Below are positions 24,040-36,426 of a stretch of DNA of 64,000 nt, one piece after another. The stretch is from Eledone cirrhosa. Its lineage: Eukaryota. How positions within the stretch are numbered: position 1 is the first letter of the stretch; every line of letters starts with the position of its first letter. The stretch spans positions 286,688,001-286,752,000 of the forward strand of contig OZ024740.1 in the NCBI GenBank assembly GCA_964016885.1, written 5' to 3'. The position numbers were made by a program, and so were the translations under genes. Below the pieces are notes generated by a model. The model was not told the DNA's origin and made no database searches. It was given only the letters and a program-made list of their open reading frames with translations.

Positions 24040-25560
24040 AAGACGGATTACCCCTTGCGTATGGCTTGGACTTAGTGATAGCTTTCCATTGAATGGAGTA
24101 GTCTACACCTGAGTCTTTGAGGGACCATACATGACTCGCGAGCTTCGTGGACGATCATTTGTCTGGGTACCTAAAGGTCGACTGATGGTTCAGGAAGCAT
24201 TTCAATGGAAAGCTATCACTAAGTCCAAACCATATGCAAGAGGTGATCCGTCTTGTGGACTGTGTATTGAAGAAAGGATCAATTACGCAATAGCAATTGC
24301 CTAAATTCAAGTAATGAACTTTTCTCATGTTGTCATGTCTGTCACAACTTCCTGTGTTTTGTCCAGTGCATTTGCAATAGTAGATCAGCATTTCCACCCA
24401 TTCTCATTGTCTTTTTAGCATCCATTCATTTGTGCATTTGACTTGCCATATACATTTATGAAACCTTGTTTGACAATATTCATGTTGAATAATATGTTTT
24501 TTGGTTCATACTAGATAAACTTTACAAGTGACATTTGGTAAGATGGACTAAAAATTACAGTAAACACTAACCTTACCAATATCAATTTAATAGATATTAA
24601 CTTAGATTTAGCAGCTCGTACCTATAAACTTAGTCACAAGTTTAACGAGAAACTAACAGGGTGCTGCCATCCTCCTGTAGTCTTTAAAAACCTATTCCCC
24701 ATTATTAGTCATAGGATCTCTAACTTATCTTCTTCCAAGGAGGGATTTGATAAGGCAGCCCCTTACTGAAGCAACTTCAAGGATAACATTAAGAATATAC
24801 CCAACCCAATTCCACAAAACAAAAGTAAAAACAAAAATATGGTTCACACCTACTACTCCCTAGCAGTGAAGACTAATGTAGGTAAACAATTCTTAGAAAA
24901 TATTTAAGCATTTCCCCCCTCAACATAGATATTGTAAAATATTCAGTAGGCATTCGGTGAAAAATCAGCTATTCCTGCAGACCTTCCATGAGGTTGAAGA
25001 TAATGCACAACAACAAACCTGAAGAAAACCTAGGATGTTCATGCAGGATAAAAGACGACTGTCTGTTACAACTGAGATGCAATGTCAAATCTATATTGCA
25101 CAAAGCCACTATTACACCAGAAACAGAGCTGCGAACAATATGTGGGTATAGCGCAAGACAGCTTTAAACAATGATACTACTCATACATCGCGTCCTTTTG
25201 GACACTTGGAGAAGAAGACAGCCACAGAACTGGGAACTAAAAGATAAAGGGATACTTTACACAATTAAATGGAGTTTCCTGGATAGGTCCAGACCCTACA
25301 TCAAATAAAATAAGAAGTCTTCATTTTACGTAAACAATAAGTTCTGGATAATACAGGGTTTGAAATCCCTCAATAAATACCTAAACATTATGAACGAGAT
25401 ATTTAGCGGTTGCCTGCACCTCAATTCCCATCTTCTATCAGCATGGGAAAAACAGGCCCAGACATCCAGCATCAACACTCTGCCAATATGTACCCACCTT
25501 AATCCACTATATCAGCCTCACCACCCACACACATCACTCAATATGACAAACCATAAATAA
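24040..25560 (+). mobile_element. Old degenerate PLE remnants (GIY-YIG pieces, RT thumb)
   Basis: QWKAITKSKPYARGDPSCGLCIEE at about 24200-24280, with an inverted copy at 24042-24095. Further pieces HFPPQHRYCKIFSRH, CSCRIKDDC and YVGIAQDSFKQ are broken by stops. Confidence 0.65.
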
Positions 25561-25712
25561 TATACACATAAAGCACATTCACTCACATTCACAAAACCTT
25601 TTACCATGAGACTATAAAAGCCGCTTCTGTTTAAATCAAACTACCCCCACCCCCACACACACAATACACTAACCATCCAACAAGTCATAACGATGATAAT
25701 CAACAATATGCA

Positions 25713-25800
<88 letters not shown>

Positions 25801-25803
<3 letters not shown>

Positions 25804-27583
25804 GAGGTTATATTTAATTTGTTGGGATTCAACAAGCTTTAACAGTTTTATAACTGATATAAAGCACTCAACCATAAATGTTCCTTTACGAATATTGGTA
25901 AAAAAATCTTCAACTTCTCTATCTAACTTATTATGGGACTTAAAATCCAAGAATATTAACTATTCTTTACTTTGGAAAATTATTTCCAAAGCTCCTTCAT
26001 ACACTGCGTTATCCAAAAATTGCTCACTTTGCGTTGAAGAAATATTTTTTATACTAAAAAGTAAGAACTCTATTAATTTACGAAATAATTTATTTAGTTC
26101 CTGTAAACATCGTTTAAACTCAACTTTTAAATATATATATAAAATGTAATATATGATTTATCTCCTTTACATAATGTTTTCTATATCTATATATGATTCA
26201 TATATATTTAATTTACTTTATATTATCTCGACCTCATATATATACTATATACTTTATATTATTACACCTATCGATAGATTATAATTTTTTTTATATGACT
26301 ACTTGAAACTCCTTTAAGAAAACTTTTTCTTGAAAAACTTACGGAAGGTTTTAGAAAAAAATCTTTTTGAAAATTCCTTTGAAAGATATAGAAAAACCAT
26401 TATTTTCATACCTTCCAATATTTTTATATCTTCAAACGTTTTTAATATATATATCCAAATGTTTATATATATGTGGAAAAACATATGGTTTATATATATA
26501 TAGGGTTTTTTATATATATGTGGAATAACCTATGGTTTATGCTTTAAATATATTCTTAAGATAAATTTTTTTTTATTTTTTAACTTTATAGCAAGTAAAT
26601 TTATGGCTTCGTATAAAATAACATATGGTTCATGTTTTAATTATATTCTTAAGATAAAATTTTTTTTACTTTTTAACTTTATAGCATTTAATCCTTGGAG
26701 TCATCTGAGATCTTAAAAAATCACTTCTAACTTCCTTTACACTTCCTTACTGTTTTTATAATATAATTAAGTGGTTATTCCTTTGTAAACTCTCGTAAAT
26801 TTTTCATAAATTTAGAATTATTTGGATGTTTAAATTTTGACTTACAACTTTTAATAAAATAAACTATACTAGATTTTCTCTAATGTAAAATACTATATAT
26901 TTATTTAAATAATTTATAATCCTTAACATACACATTTAAACTAATTATTAATATTAAATTATTAAATTAAATCTTTAATATTAAGGCAAATTTTAATCTA
27001 TAATTTTTATTTCTAATTTTTAATTTTAATCTAATTTTTCAACCTATCATTATAAGTATTGTAATCAAAACGTAATGAACCCTGCATTATAAATATTATT
27101 CTTCCACGTTAATCTTATTTCTTATTTCACTTAGATATACTTACGCTGTGTATATTTATCCTTTGAAATTTATTTCTTCATGCACTCTATCTTCACTATC
27201 AATATGTATAATCGTTCTTTCTTTCCTCTTCTATCTTTCTCCTTTCTTTTTTCTTTTTTCTTTATTTTCTTTTTTTCTTTTTTCTCTCTCCCTTACATAT
27301 CATCTTCTTCCAACAGTTTAATTTAAATAAACCGTTATCTTTTCAACCTTTCGGACACTCATTTGCATACTCACTCACAACTTTATATTACCCTCAATAA
27401 ATGTATTATCTCCACTATCCAGGAAGCTCCAACCGTTAAGGTTGTCTTTTTTTCCGGGTATGTCAATATTTATTTATAAAACAAATCTGTATTTTATCTG
27501 ATGAAAGCGCACCATAATTTGCCTTGGTTGCCCTTGAAATATGTATAATAAAATAAATATAGTTTCCATTTATTAATATATTA
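25801..27583 (+). mobile_element. PLE 3' remnant: GIY-YIG C-terminus, long AT-rich UTR, pLTR with HHR
   Basis: ORF 25799..26149 (STSLSNLLWDLK, WKIISKAPSY, CSLCVEE, SSCKH). HHR at 27490-27555. (TA)n on both sides. Confidence 0.75.
27490..27555 (+). ncRNA. Type I hammerhead ribozyme
   Basis: TATTTTAT-CTGATGA-AAGCGCACCA...TGGTTGCCCTT-GAAA-TATGTA-TA-ATAAAATA. Confidence 0.7.
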
Positions 27584-27624
27584 TATATATATATGTGTGT
27601 GTGTATATATATATATATATACAA

Positions 27625-28051
27625 TTTGATTAAAATAACAGGAGGCCAGACTGGTAACGTTCCTTTAAGGTTTTATTGTTGCAAAAACACTATATATATT
27701 TCAATCGCTTGGTTACGTAAGATTCTGGCGACTAACGACATAGCAGTATCTATAACAGCAGGATGTATGTCACCACCACACACGAGCCACACCCATTTTG
27801 GTTGTGTCTACCAAATCCACAATGCTTTGCCTTAACGAGCTTGTTATTCAGAGATGGTTGCAGGCCATCTCCAAATCAATTATTTTCTATATTTTCCCTG
27901 TTTGTGTTTGCCATAATTCCTTTATTGATTAACTAATTATGCAATCTATACCTGACGATGTAACCAGGCCATTGAAATACATATAGTGTTTTTACAACAA
28001 TAAAACTGTAAAGGAACATCACCAGTCTGGCCTCCTGTTATTTTAATCAAA
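27625..28051. mobile_element. Small element with ~90-bp inverted ends and a degenerate hammerhead
   Basis: 27625-27716 is the reverse complement of 27960-28051. Plus strand 27947-27990 reads ATAC-CTGACGA-N15-GAAA-TACATA-TA-GTGT, with a weak stem II. Confidence 0.55.
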
Positions 28052-28286
28052 CCAATATTTAACTCTGTTCCTGCACCAGCCACAGGTTTCAACATCAACA
28101 GTGGATGAGTTGCGTAATGTAGAGAGAGAGTGCTTTTCTTACTATTACATGAGCGTTAACCAAACAGAATGACCAGTTCTATCCAGTGATGAACCACAAA
28201 GAATAAATCAATATATATATATAGAGAGAGAGAATAAGTAAAAGCGAAGTAGTTTCAGATGTTCAAGTCCTTTAATAATAATGCTG

Positions 28287-28365
<79 letters not shown>

Positions 28366-28955
28366 TACACATAATTAAACACAGGAATTACCCGTCTTTG
28401 ATCTCACAAAACTTCAGACAATAAAACGTCAGACATCTTATCTACTCACCCAAGGAAAAGCACTCCCAAGTTAAGACCATAATAAAATGTTATAGCCTAA
28501 CTGCGTCAAGCAGACATTAATGATATTTCTGCTCTGTTGATAACATAGAGTGCTCTTTGTTCGGAAACCCTTGATACTACATGTATATATATGTGTGTGT
28601 GTATATATACACACATATGGTATGGTATAGTCCAATAACTCCTGGTGGAGTCATAGAGGTGTCACAGTGACATACAGTGTTTCTTGGGCATTTTTTAAAA
28701 CAAAGCATTCTATCCAATGCTTTAATGATTCTGTTAATTCACTGCTATTCATATATACACACATGTATATAGTCCACCCATGCAAGCATAGGAAAATGGA
28801 TGCAAAATTACGACAGTATATAGAAGAATCTTGTCCAAAATTTCAAAATAATAACTTTGATTTTTATTTTATCTTGTCGACATGTCTTTTTCTTTTCTTT
28901 CCTTTTTTTTATATTTATTCCTTGTTTATTATATTTGTATGTGTGTGTATATATA

Positions 28956-29030
28956 CAGGGTGTTCCCACAAAATGTATACATACTTCAACACCATTCTAA
29001 TAAGTGTATACATTTTTGGGGGACACCCTG
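28956..29030. mobile_element. 75-bp Tc1/mariner-type MITE
   Basis: TIRs CAGGGTGT...ACACCCTG extend over most of its length, with TA on each side. Confidence 0.65.
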
Positions 29031-29047
29031 TATACATATATATATAA

Positions 29048-29085
<38 letters not shown>

Positions 29086-29177
29086 CGCCTACACACACAC
29101 ATACACACACATAAATATATATATATATATAGAATGGAAAACGAAAAATCAGTGATGCATCGAAACTCAATTTATTG

Positions 29178-29267
29178 CGTATTACAATTGTTTCCTCGGT
29201 GAACAGCTCGAGGTGCGATATGTGTGTGGATCGACCTGACTCTAGATTCACAGGTTCCTCAGACACG
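29178..29267 (-). ncRNA. Hammerhead with long stem II (PLE C left end)
   Basis: Minus strand reads CGTGT-CTGAGGA-[~60 nt, GTGAA/TTCAC pairing]-GAAA-CAATTG-TA-ATACG. Confidence 0.65.
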
Positions 29268-30939
29268 TCTTTTGATTTCGGAGCAGATCCTCTTTCTGGG
29301 GTTTCTGACCCTACGGGTCTATATCGTCCACCTTCATCCTCTTTGCGCGTCCTTGGCTTGGTCACTGGTTAGTGACACATACATCTACACACACACACAT
29401 ATATTCTTTTACCTGTTTCAGCCATCCGGCTGAGGCCATGCTGGGGCACCGCCCTATATATATATTTACATTTATATATTTACATTTACAATATATATAT
29501 TTACATTTTTTCCTCTACACGTGTGCATATACATACACACACACTCACACATATACTCTTACACATATATATATGTATATACATATATTTACACACACAT
29601 AAAAAATATATAAAAAATACATAAGAAAAGCATATAAAAATACACATTGGGCTGTACATGAAAAAATAGGTTAATAGCACCCTCCAAATCGGACCTGGGT
29701 CGGGCCAGTAAGAATATCATAGATAGGATACCACCGGTATTTAGGAATAAAACTAGGCTTAGCTTATAGACCTCCACCAATGAGGGAATTGACTGGTTCT
29801 TGCTATTAGATAGCAAGCAACAGGTAAATTTCATTCAGTTGGACATAGCGAATTACTACGCGTCCGTATCACCAGTAATCGTGAACAAGGCCCTCATGAG
29901 CGCCATGGCTAAGTCCAACCTCACTAGATAGGAAGCAAATATCATTATAGCGGCAAGAAAGACGTTAATTAGCTTCGACAATAAATTATGGGAGAGCAGA
30001 GACAGACCCGACAGTTTCGATATTATTATGGGGTTGAGTGATTCTGCGCAGGTGACGGACCTGGTGGGAATATACCTCCTCCAAAGGCTAGCGGAGGAGA
30101 TCCCAGGGATTGGCGGAGGAATATATAGAGATGACGCACTATTTACCTTCTGCTCCCTAAACCCCAACCAGCTGGAGCGTATGCGGAAGTGCATATCACA
30201 TTTTTTAAGCAACACGGCTTATCCGTGCTGATAGATCCTAGCACTAAAACGGTGAATTTCCTTGATGTTACTCTGGAACTGAATACAGGCATACACCAAC
30301 CATACCACAAGCCCAACGAGAACCTATAATATGAGACGCCATAGTAAAAGGGGTATCCAAACGCGTATCCACCCTGTCGGCTAACGCAGATGTGTTTAAC
30401 CAGCACGCCGACTATTATAATGAGGCACTGTGCAGGGCCAGCTACACAGAAGCCATAGTGTACACCCCAGACAGGGAAGGGCCTAGTGACGAGGCACGCG
30501 AATATGAGGATAGCAATAGTACTTCCATAGGTAGACAGTACAACTCGAACTAGCACCTAGGAATAGGAGTAGCAGTATAGATTACCGCAAGGACGCAAGA
30601 CTGACACTGGGACAGACAAAGGCACACGTGGATGGCAGACTACTCAGTACACGCAGACGGAATCCCGACATGAACACAATACACGACGCGGACACTAGAA
30701 CTAGGGACAGGGTAAAGACAGATAAGGGCATGAAACCAGGTAGAAGAAACACCCGGATCTGTACCAATGAAATAGCCCCGACAACAGCACCAGATAGCAT
30801 TAACGGGACTACCAGTAGAGCCGACAATATAGAACGAAATACTTCAGTAACTCCGACGCACACGGTAGATATATAGATAGCGGCAACATAGGGGACGAAA
30901 TAACGGGCAGACACAACCCGAAACGGACACCTGACCCAA

Positions 30940-30984
<45 letters not shown>

Positions 30985-33037
30985 ACACAGACGACGGAAT
31001 ATGACAAGGTCTAAGACCATTACATAGTTTAACGCACCGTATTCGAAGCATGTATGCAACAATGTACCAGGCCTCTTCTTCCGAGCGTTGGACGAGTGCT
31101 TCCCACCGTCGAACAGGTACCACAGGATATTCAACCGCCACACAGTGAAGTTCTCTTTCTCCACCGCACCTAACATGGCAGACTACATGGCCAAAACCAA
31201 CGCGGTGAAGTTGGGGAAACTCAACCGTCAACAGCGGCAGGCGACTGACGGTCCAACGGGGCTCAGAGGGCCCCTTGCAGACAGGGTTTCCAACTATGCT
31301 CCGGTCCCCGCAGCGGCCGCCATACCCGCGGAAGACGCTGTTTTCGAATGCCAGGCGGAACTGAATGACGGAGGGGAGCCCACCACACCGACAGAACAAC
31401 ACCCAGAGAATCGGGGGAGTGCCGTAGTAGACCAAGGGCCTAACGTTAGAAATGAACAATAACGACCGAACATGCAACTGCAGAGCGGGCACACAATGCC
31501 CTCTGCAGGGAAGATGCCTAACGAAGGGTCTAGTATATAAATGTGTGGTTAACATGCACAACACCAAGCGCACCTACATCGGCGCAACATCCACGACCTT
31601 TAAATCGAGGATGTATAATCACACAAACTCTTTCAAGGACCGGAGCAAGAGACACTCCACTAGGCTGGCGGACCTAATATGGGATTTGAAAGACAACGGC
31701 ACCCTGTATGATCTCAACTGGAGTATCGTTCAACATACAAATGCATATTCAGCTGGAAAAAGGAAGTGTAGGCTATGCTTATCCGAGGCCATGGAGATTA
31801 AAGGATGATGCGGTCAACCTGAAATCGGAGATTATTATGACGTGCAGACACCAGAGAAGGTGCACATTCTCTGCATGGACACAACCGGACAGTCCAAACT
31901 AAAGGCATGCGGGGGAAGCGGACGCCTGTCTGAGCGGCGGCGCGGGTCCAAAGGATCAGACACCATACCTTGATCAGACATCTATTACCTCCTTGGTAGA
32001 GGTCCATAAGCTAAGCCTAGTTTTATTCCTAAGTACTGGTAGTATCATATCTATGATATTCTTACAGGCCCTACCTAGGTTCGATTTGGAGGGTGCTATT
32101 AACCTAGCGGGGAGATTTGTCCTAAAGTCTAATTTGTGATCCTTAATGAATATCTGCGGTTTTCTGGGTACATAGGGTTCTGAACCATCATCTATTTCTA
32201 GCCCTATCATTATATTTTTGGTCGTGGCGTTGATGTTATCTAGGTTGTCCTGTCCTGTGGTCCTATAGTTTTTCCTAACTTCTTTCCCGATGCAGTTGTT
32301 GTACGTAAATTAGTAAAGCATGTATACATTACCGGTTTTGTCCAAGGGAACAAGTAAATCCGGGCATCTTTCCATGCTTTTGATTGTGGAGCTGAGTTTC
32401 CTGAGGTATTCATTATTGTGTGTATTATTCCTTCGGAATTTGATGTTTCGAATGATACTGACGATACGGTTTTCAAATTCTTCCAGCAGTGCGTTATGTG
32501 GTGGGTGTCGTCTTGATTTAAAGATCCGTTTGAGGCGGTGCTGAGGATTATCGTGTGCGTGCTGCTCGGCCTTTTGTCATGGTGGAATGCGCGTCATCTC
32601 ATGTGTCTAATGAAGGAGTTGGTGTGGTGGATCAATAGGCTCATGTCCGATATATATATATTTTTATATATTCTGCATACATTTTCTATATATGGTCTGG
32701 GCATACCCTTTACTACCATGAACTCCCCATATGTAGTTTTGCTTGAGGTTTCTATACATGGATTAATCCACGTTGGCAACACAATAACCACTCTGTCAGC
32801 ATGTACATCAAGGTGTATTTTTTCATGTACAGCCCAGTGTGTATCTTTATATGCTTTTCTTATGTATTTTTTATATATTTTTTTATGTGTGTGTAAATAT
32901 ATGTATATACATATATATATATGTGTAAGAGAATATGTGTGAGTGTGTGTGTATGTATATGCACACGTTTAGAATGAAAAAAAAATGTAAATATATTAGA
33001 TGTATGTGTGCATACATATGTGTGGGCGTGTGGGTAG

Positions 33038-33090
<53 letters not shown>

Positions 33091-33637
33091 AGTTAAAAGA
33101 ATGAAATAAAAATTCAAGTCATTAGGAATATACTTCACTGCTTTACGATCGTTTCTAGGTGATAATAATACATCGTACGCATATTTCGTTATCGATTTAT
33201 GTAAGGTTAGTTACAAAATATCAAATAAGGAATATATTTACCTACGTGTATATCGTCAGCCGTTGTCAAAAGCATATATATATATGTATATGTATGTGTA
33301 TATATACATATATATGTGCAGGTGTGCGTATGTGTGTATGTATGTGTATGTATGTATATTTATCTGTGTGTGTATATGTATGTATATGTACGCATGTGTA
33401 CGTGTGTGTGTATGTGTATATGTCTGTGTATGTGTGTATGTGTGTATGTGTATGTGTGTGTGTGTATATGTCTGTGTATACACACGCGCGCGTGTGTGTG
33501 TGCCTCTGTGTGTGCATGTATGCATATATTTGTGTGACTGTTTATGTGTGTGCGTATACATAGATATGTGTGTATGTTTCTGTGCGTACATGTGTGAACA
33601 TAAGCACACAAGCTACTCTGTATGTATCTGTCCGTGT

Positions 33638-33706
<69 letters not shown>

Positions 33707-33925
33707 AGTGTGAGCAGACAAACACAGCAGTAATTTTGCCAGCGGGAGAATGGGTGAGTAACAGCTCACGCCCCGATGGTCAGTGGGCTGCTACCAGTGG
33801 TCAGAATTATGATGACATCACTAACCAGTGACCAATCCAAGGACGCGCAAATGGGATGAAGGTGGACAATATAGACTCTTAGGGTCAGAAACCCCAGAAA
33901 GAGGATCTGCTCCGAAATCAATAGA

Positions 33926-34016
33926 CGTGTCTGAGGAATCTGTGAATCCAGAGTCAGGTCCGATCCACACACAGATCGCACCTCGAGCTGTTCACCAGGG
34001 AAACAATTGTAATACG
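33926..34016 (+). ncRNA. Hammerhead with long stem II (PLE C right end)
   Basis: CGTGT-CTGAGGA (33931)...GAAA-CAATTG-TA-ATACG. Stem III is the palindrome ACAATTGT. Confidence 0.65.
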
Positions 34017-34138
34017 CAATAAATTGAGTTTCGATGCATCACTGATTTTTCGTTTTCCATTCTATCATACTCTGCTCCGTAGGAGCATAGAGTGCTCAAC
34101 CGGCATACCGCCAATGGAAGCATCTTAGCTACCATTAG

Positions 34139-34184
<46 letters not shown>

Positions 34185-34419
34185 AAGGCGGGTAAAATTC
34201 CCGAGATCCATGGACGAGTTCTCTCCAGCGGTCTCTGTCCCTCATTATCGCTGCCATGTCCTGCGTCTCCAACAGACCAGTGTCTGTCCTTAGGGCATCA
34301 ACATATATATATATATATGAATATAGACATAGAATATTCGAAAATATTCTGTATGTTTATAATAAACATTTTGAAGACCTAATCGCTATAGAATAGAATA
34401 CGTCACGTATTACAATTAG

Positions 34420-35438
34420 ATTCTCGATAAAAGCAAGGGAAGTAATCTACGCGTTTCATTCTTGTTAGAATTCATCAGGACTACATATCCAGTGCTTTTA
34501 TCGAGAATGACACAGCTAGAGACTTATAGAATACTTAGCTGTGTACAGGAACTGGTTTGAAAGAGCGGTTGCCGGTCCGGCAGAAATTAGAAATTGGAAT
34601 AAATGCTCTGAAATAGCGATATATATATGAATATAGACATAGAATATTCGAAAATATTCTGTATGTTTATAATAAACATTTTGAAGACCTAATCGCTATA
34701 GAATAGAATACGTCACGTATTACAATTAGATTCTCGATAAAAGCAAGGGAAGTAATCTACGCGTTTCATTCTTGTTAGAATTCATCAGGACTACATATCC
34801 AGTGCTTTTATCGAGAATGACACAGCTAGAGACTTATAGAATACTTAGCTGTGTACAGGAACTGGTTTGAAAGAGCGGTTGCCGGTCCGGCAGAAATTAG
34901 AAATTGGAATAAATGCTCTGAAATAGCGATATATATATGAATATAGACATAGAATATTCGAAAATATTCTGTATGTTTATAATAAACATTTTGAAGACCT
35001 AATCGCTATAGAATAGAATACGTCACGTATTACAATTAGATTCTCGATAAAAGCAAGGGAAGTAATCTACGCGTTTCATTCTTGTTAGAATTCATCAGGA
35101 CTACATATCCAGTGCTTTTATCGAGAATGACACAGCTAGAGACTTATAGAATACTTAGCTGTGTACAGGAACTGGTTTGAAAGAGCGGTTGCCGGTCCGG
35201 CAGAAATTAGAAATTGGAATAAATGCTCTGAAATAGCGATATATATATGAATATAGACATAGAATATTCGAAAATATTCTGTATGTTTATAATAAACATT
35301 TTGAAGACCTAATCGCTATAGAATAGAATACGTCACGTATTACAATTAGATTCTCGATAAAAGCAAGGGAAGTAATCTACGCGTTTCATTCTTGTTAGAA
35401 TTCATCAGGACTACATATCCAGTGCTTTTATCGAGAAT
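34420..35438 (-). ncRNA. Four tandem type I hammerheads (cores 34442-34484, 34752-34794, 35062-35104, 35372-35414)
   Basis: Each is the reverse complement of GTAGTC-CTGATGA-ATTCT-AACA-AGAAT-GAAAC-GC-GTA-GATTAC. Confidence 0.88.
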
Positions 35439-35819
35439 GACACAGCTAGAGACTTATAGAATACTTAGCTGTGTACAGGAACTGGTTTGAAAGAGCGGTT
35501 GCCGGTCCGGCAGAAATTAGAAATTGGAATAAATGCTCTGAAATAGCGATATATATATGAATATAGACATAGAATATTCGAAAATATTCTGTATGTTTAT
35601 AATAAACATTTTGAAGACCTAATCGCTATAGAATAGAATACGTCACGTATTACAATTATAAACATACAGAATATTTTCGAATATTCTATGTCTATATTCA
35701 TATATATATCGCTATTTCAGAGCATTTATTCCAATTTCTAATTTCTGCCGGGCCGGCAACCGCTCTTTCAAACCAGTTCCTGTACACAGCTAAGTATTCT
35801 ATAAGTCTCTAGCTGTGTC

Positions 35820-35907
35820 ATTCTCGATAAAAGCACTGGATATGTAGTCCTGATGAATTCTAACAAGAATGAAACGCGTAGATTACTTCCCTTGCTTTTA
35901 TCGAGAA
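35820..35907 (+). ncRNA. Type I hammerhead ribozyme (array unit)
   Basis: Stem I GTAGTC/GATTAC, CTGATGA at 35850, stem II ATTCT/AGAAT, GAAAC at 35871, palindromic stem III ACGCGT. Predicted cut after 35880. 15-bp distal helix TTCTCGATAAAAGCA/TGCTTTTATCGAGAA. Confidence 0.9.
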
Positions 35908-36129
35908 TCTAATTGTAATACGTGACGTATTCTATTCTATAGCGATTAGGTCTTCAAAATGTTTATTATAAACATACAGAATATTTTCGAATATTCTATG
36001 TCTATATTCATATATATATCGCTATTTCAGAGCATTTATTCCAATTTCTAATTTCTGCCGGACCGGCAACCGCTCTTTCAAACCAGTTCCTGTACACAGC
36101 TAAGTATTCTATAAGTCTCTAGCTGTGTC

Positions 36130-36217
36130 ATTCTCGATAAAAGCACTGGATATGTAGTCCTGATGAATTCTAACAAGAATGAAACGCGTAGATTACTTCC
36201 CTTGCTTTTATCGAGAA
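36130..36217 (+). ncRNA. Type I hammerhead ribozyme (array unit)
   Basis: Identical to 35820-35907, shifted by 310 bp. Predicted cut after 36190. Confidence 0.9.
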
Positions 36218-36386
36218 TCTAATTGTAATACGTGACGTATTCTATTCTATAGCGATTAGGTCTTCAAAATGTTTATTATAAACATACAGAATATTTTCGA
36301 ATATTCTATGTCTATATTCATATATATATCGCTATTTCAGAGCATTTATTCCAATATATATATATATATATATATATACATTTTGA

Positions 36387-36426
<40 letters not shown>

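Larger units (their letters stand above)
29131..34065 (+). mobile_element. Rearranged Penelope-like element C with inverted HHR-bearing ends
   Basis: 29131-29375 is the reverse complement of about 33820-34060. Broken RT + GIY-YIG on plus at 29669-31881 (MGLSDSAQVTDLVG, GGIYRDDALF, CNCR..CPLQGRC, TYIGATS). The N-terminal ORF part lies on minus at about 31974-32800. Confidence 0.85.
34311..36355. mobile_element. Retrozyme-like 310-bp tandem array (about 4.3 units, inversion, about 2.3 units)
   Basis: ATATAGACATAG at 34321, 34631, 34941, 35251 and 35561. Inversion at 35655-35658. AACATACAGA at 35661, 35971 and 36281. One HHR in each full unit, and both ends lie in (TA)n. Confidence 0.9.

Noticed and set aside
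2517-34065. All inversions as amplification or assembly chimeras
   Set aside because: Most arm pairs differ by several substitutions and indels, one has a SINE piece in a single arm, and polarity is consistent. The near-identical 34-36 kb array still needs read-level confirmation.
34311-36355. CRISPR array or plain satellite
   Set aside because: Units are fully identical with no unique spacers, there are no cas genes and the context is eukaryotic. A complete HHR in every unit argues against a plain satellite.
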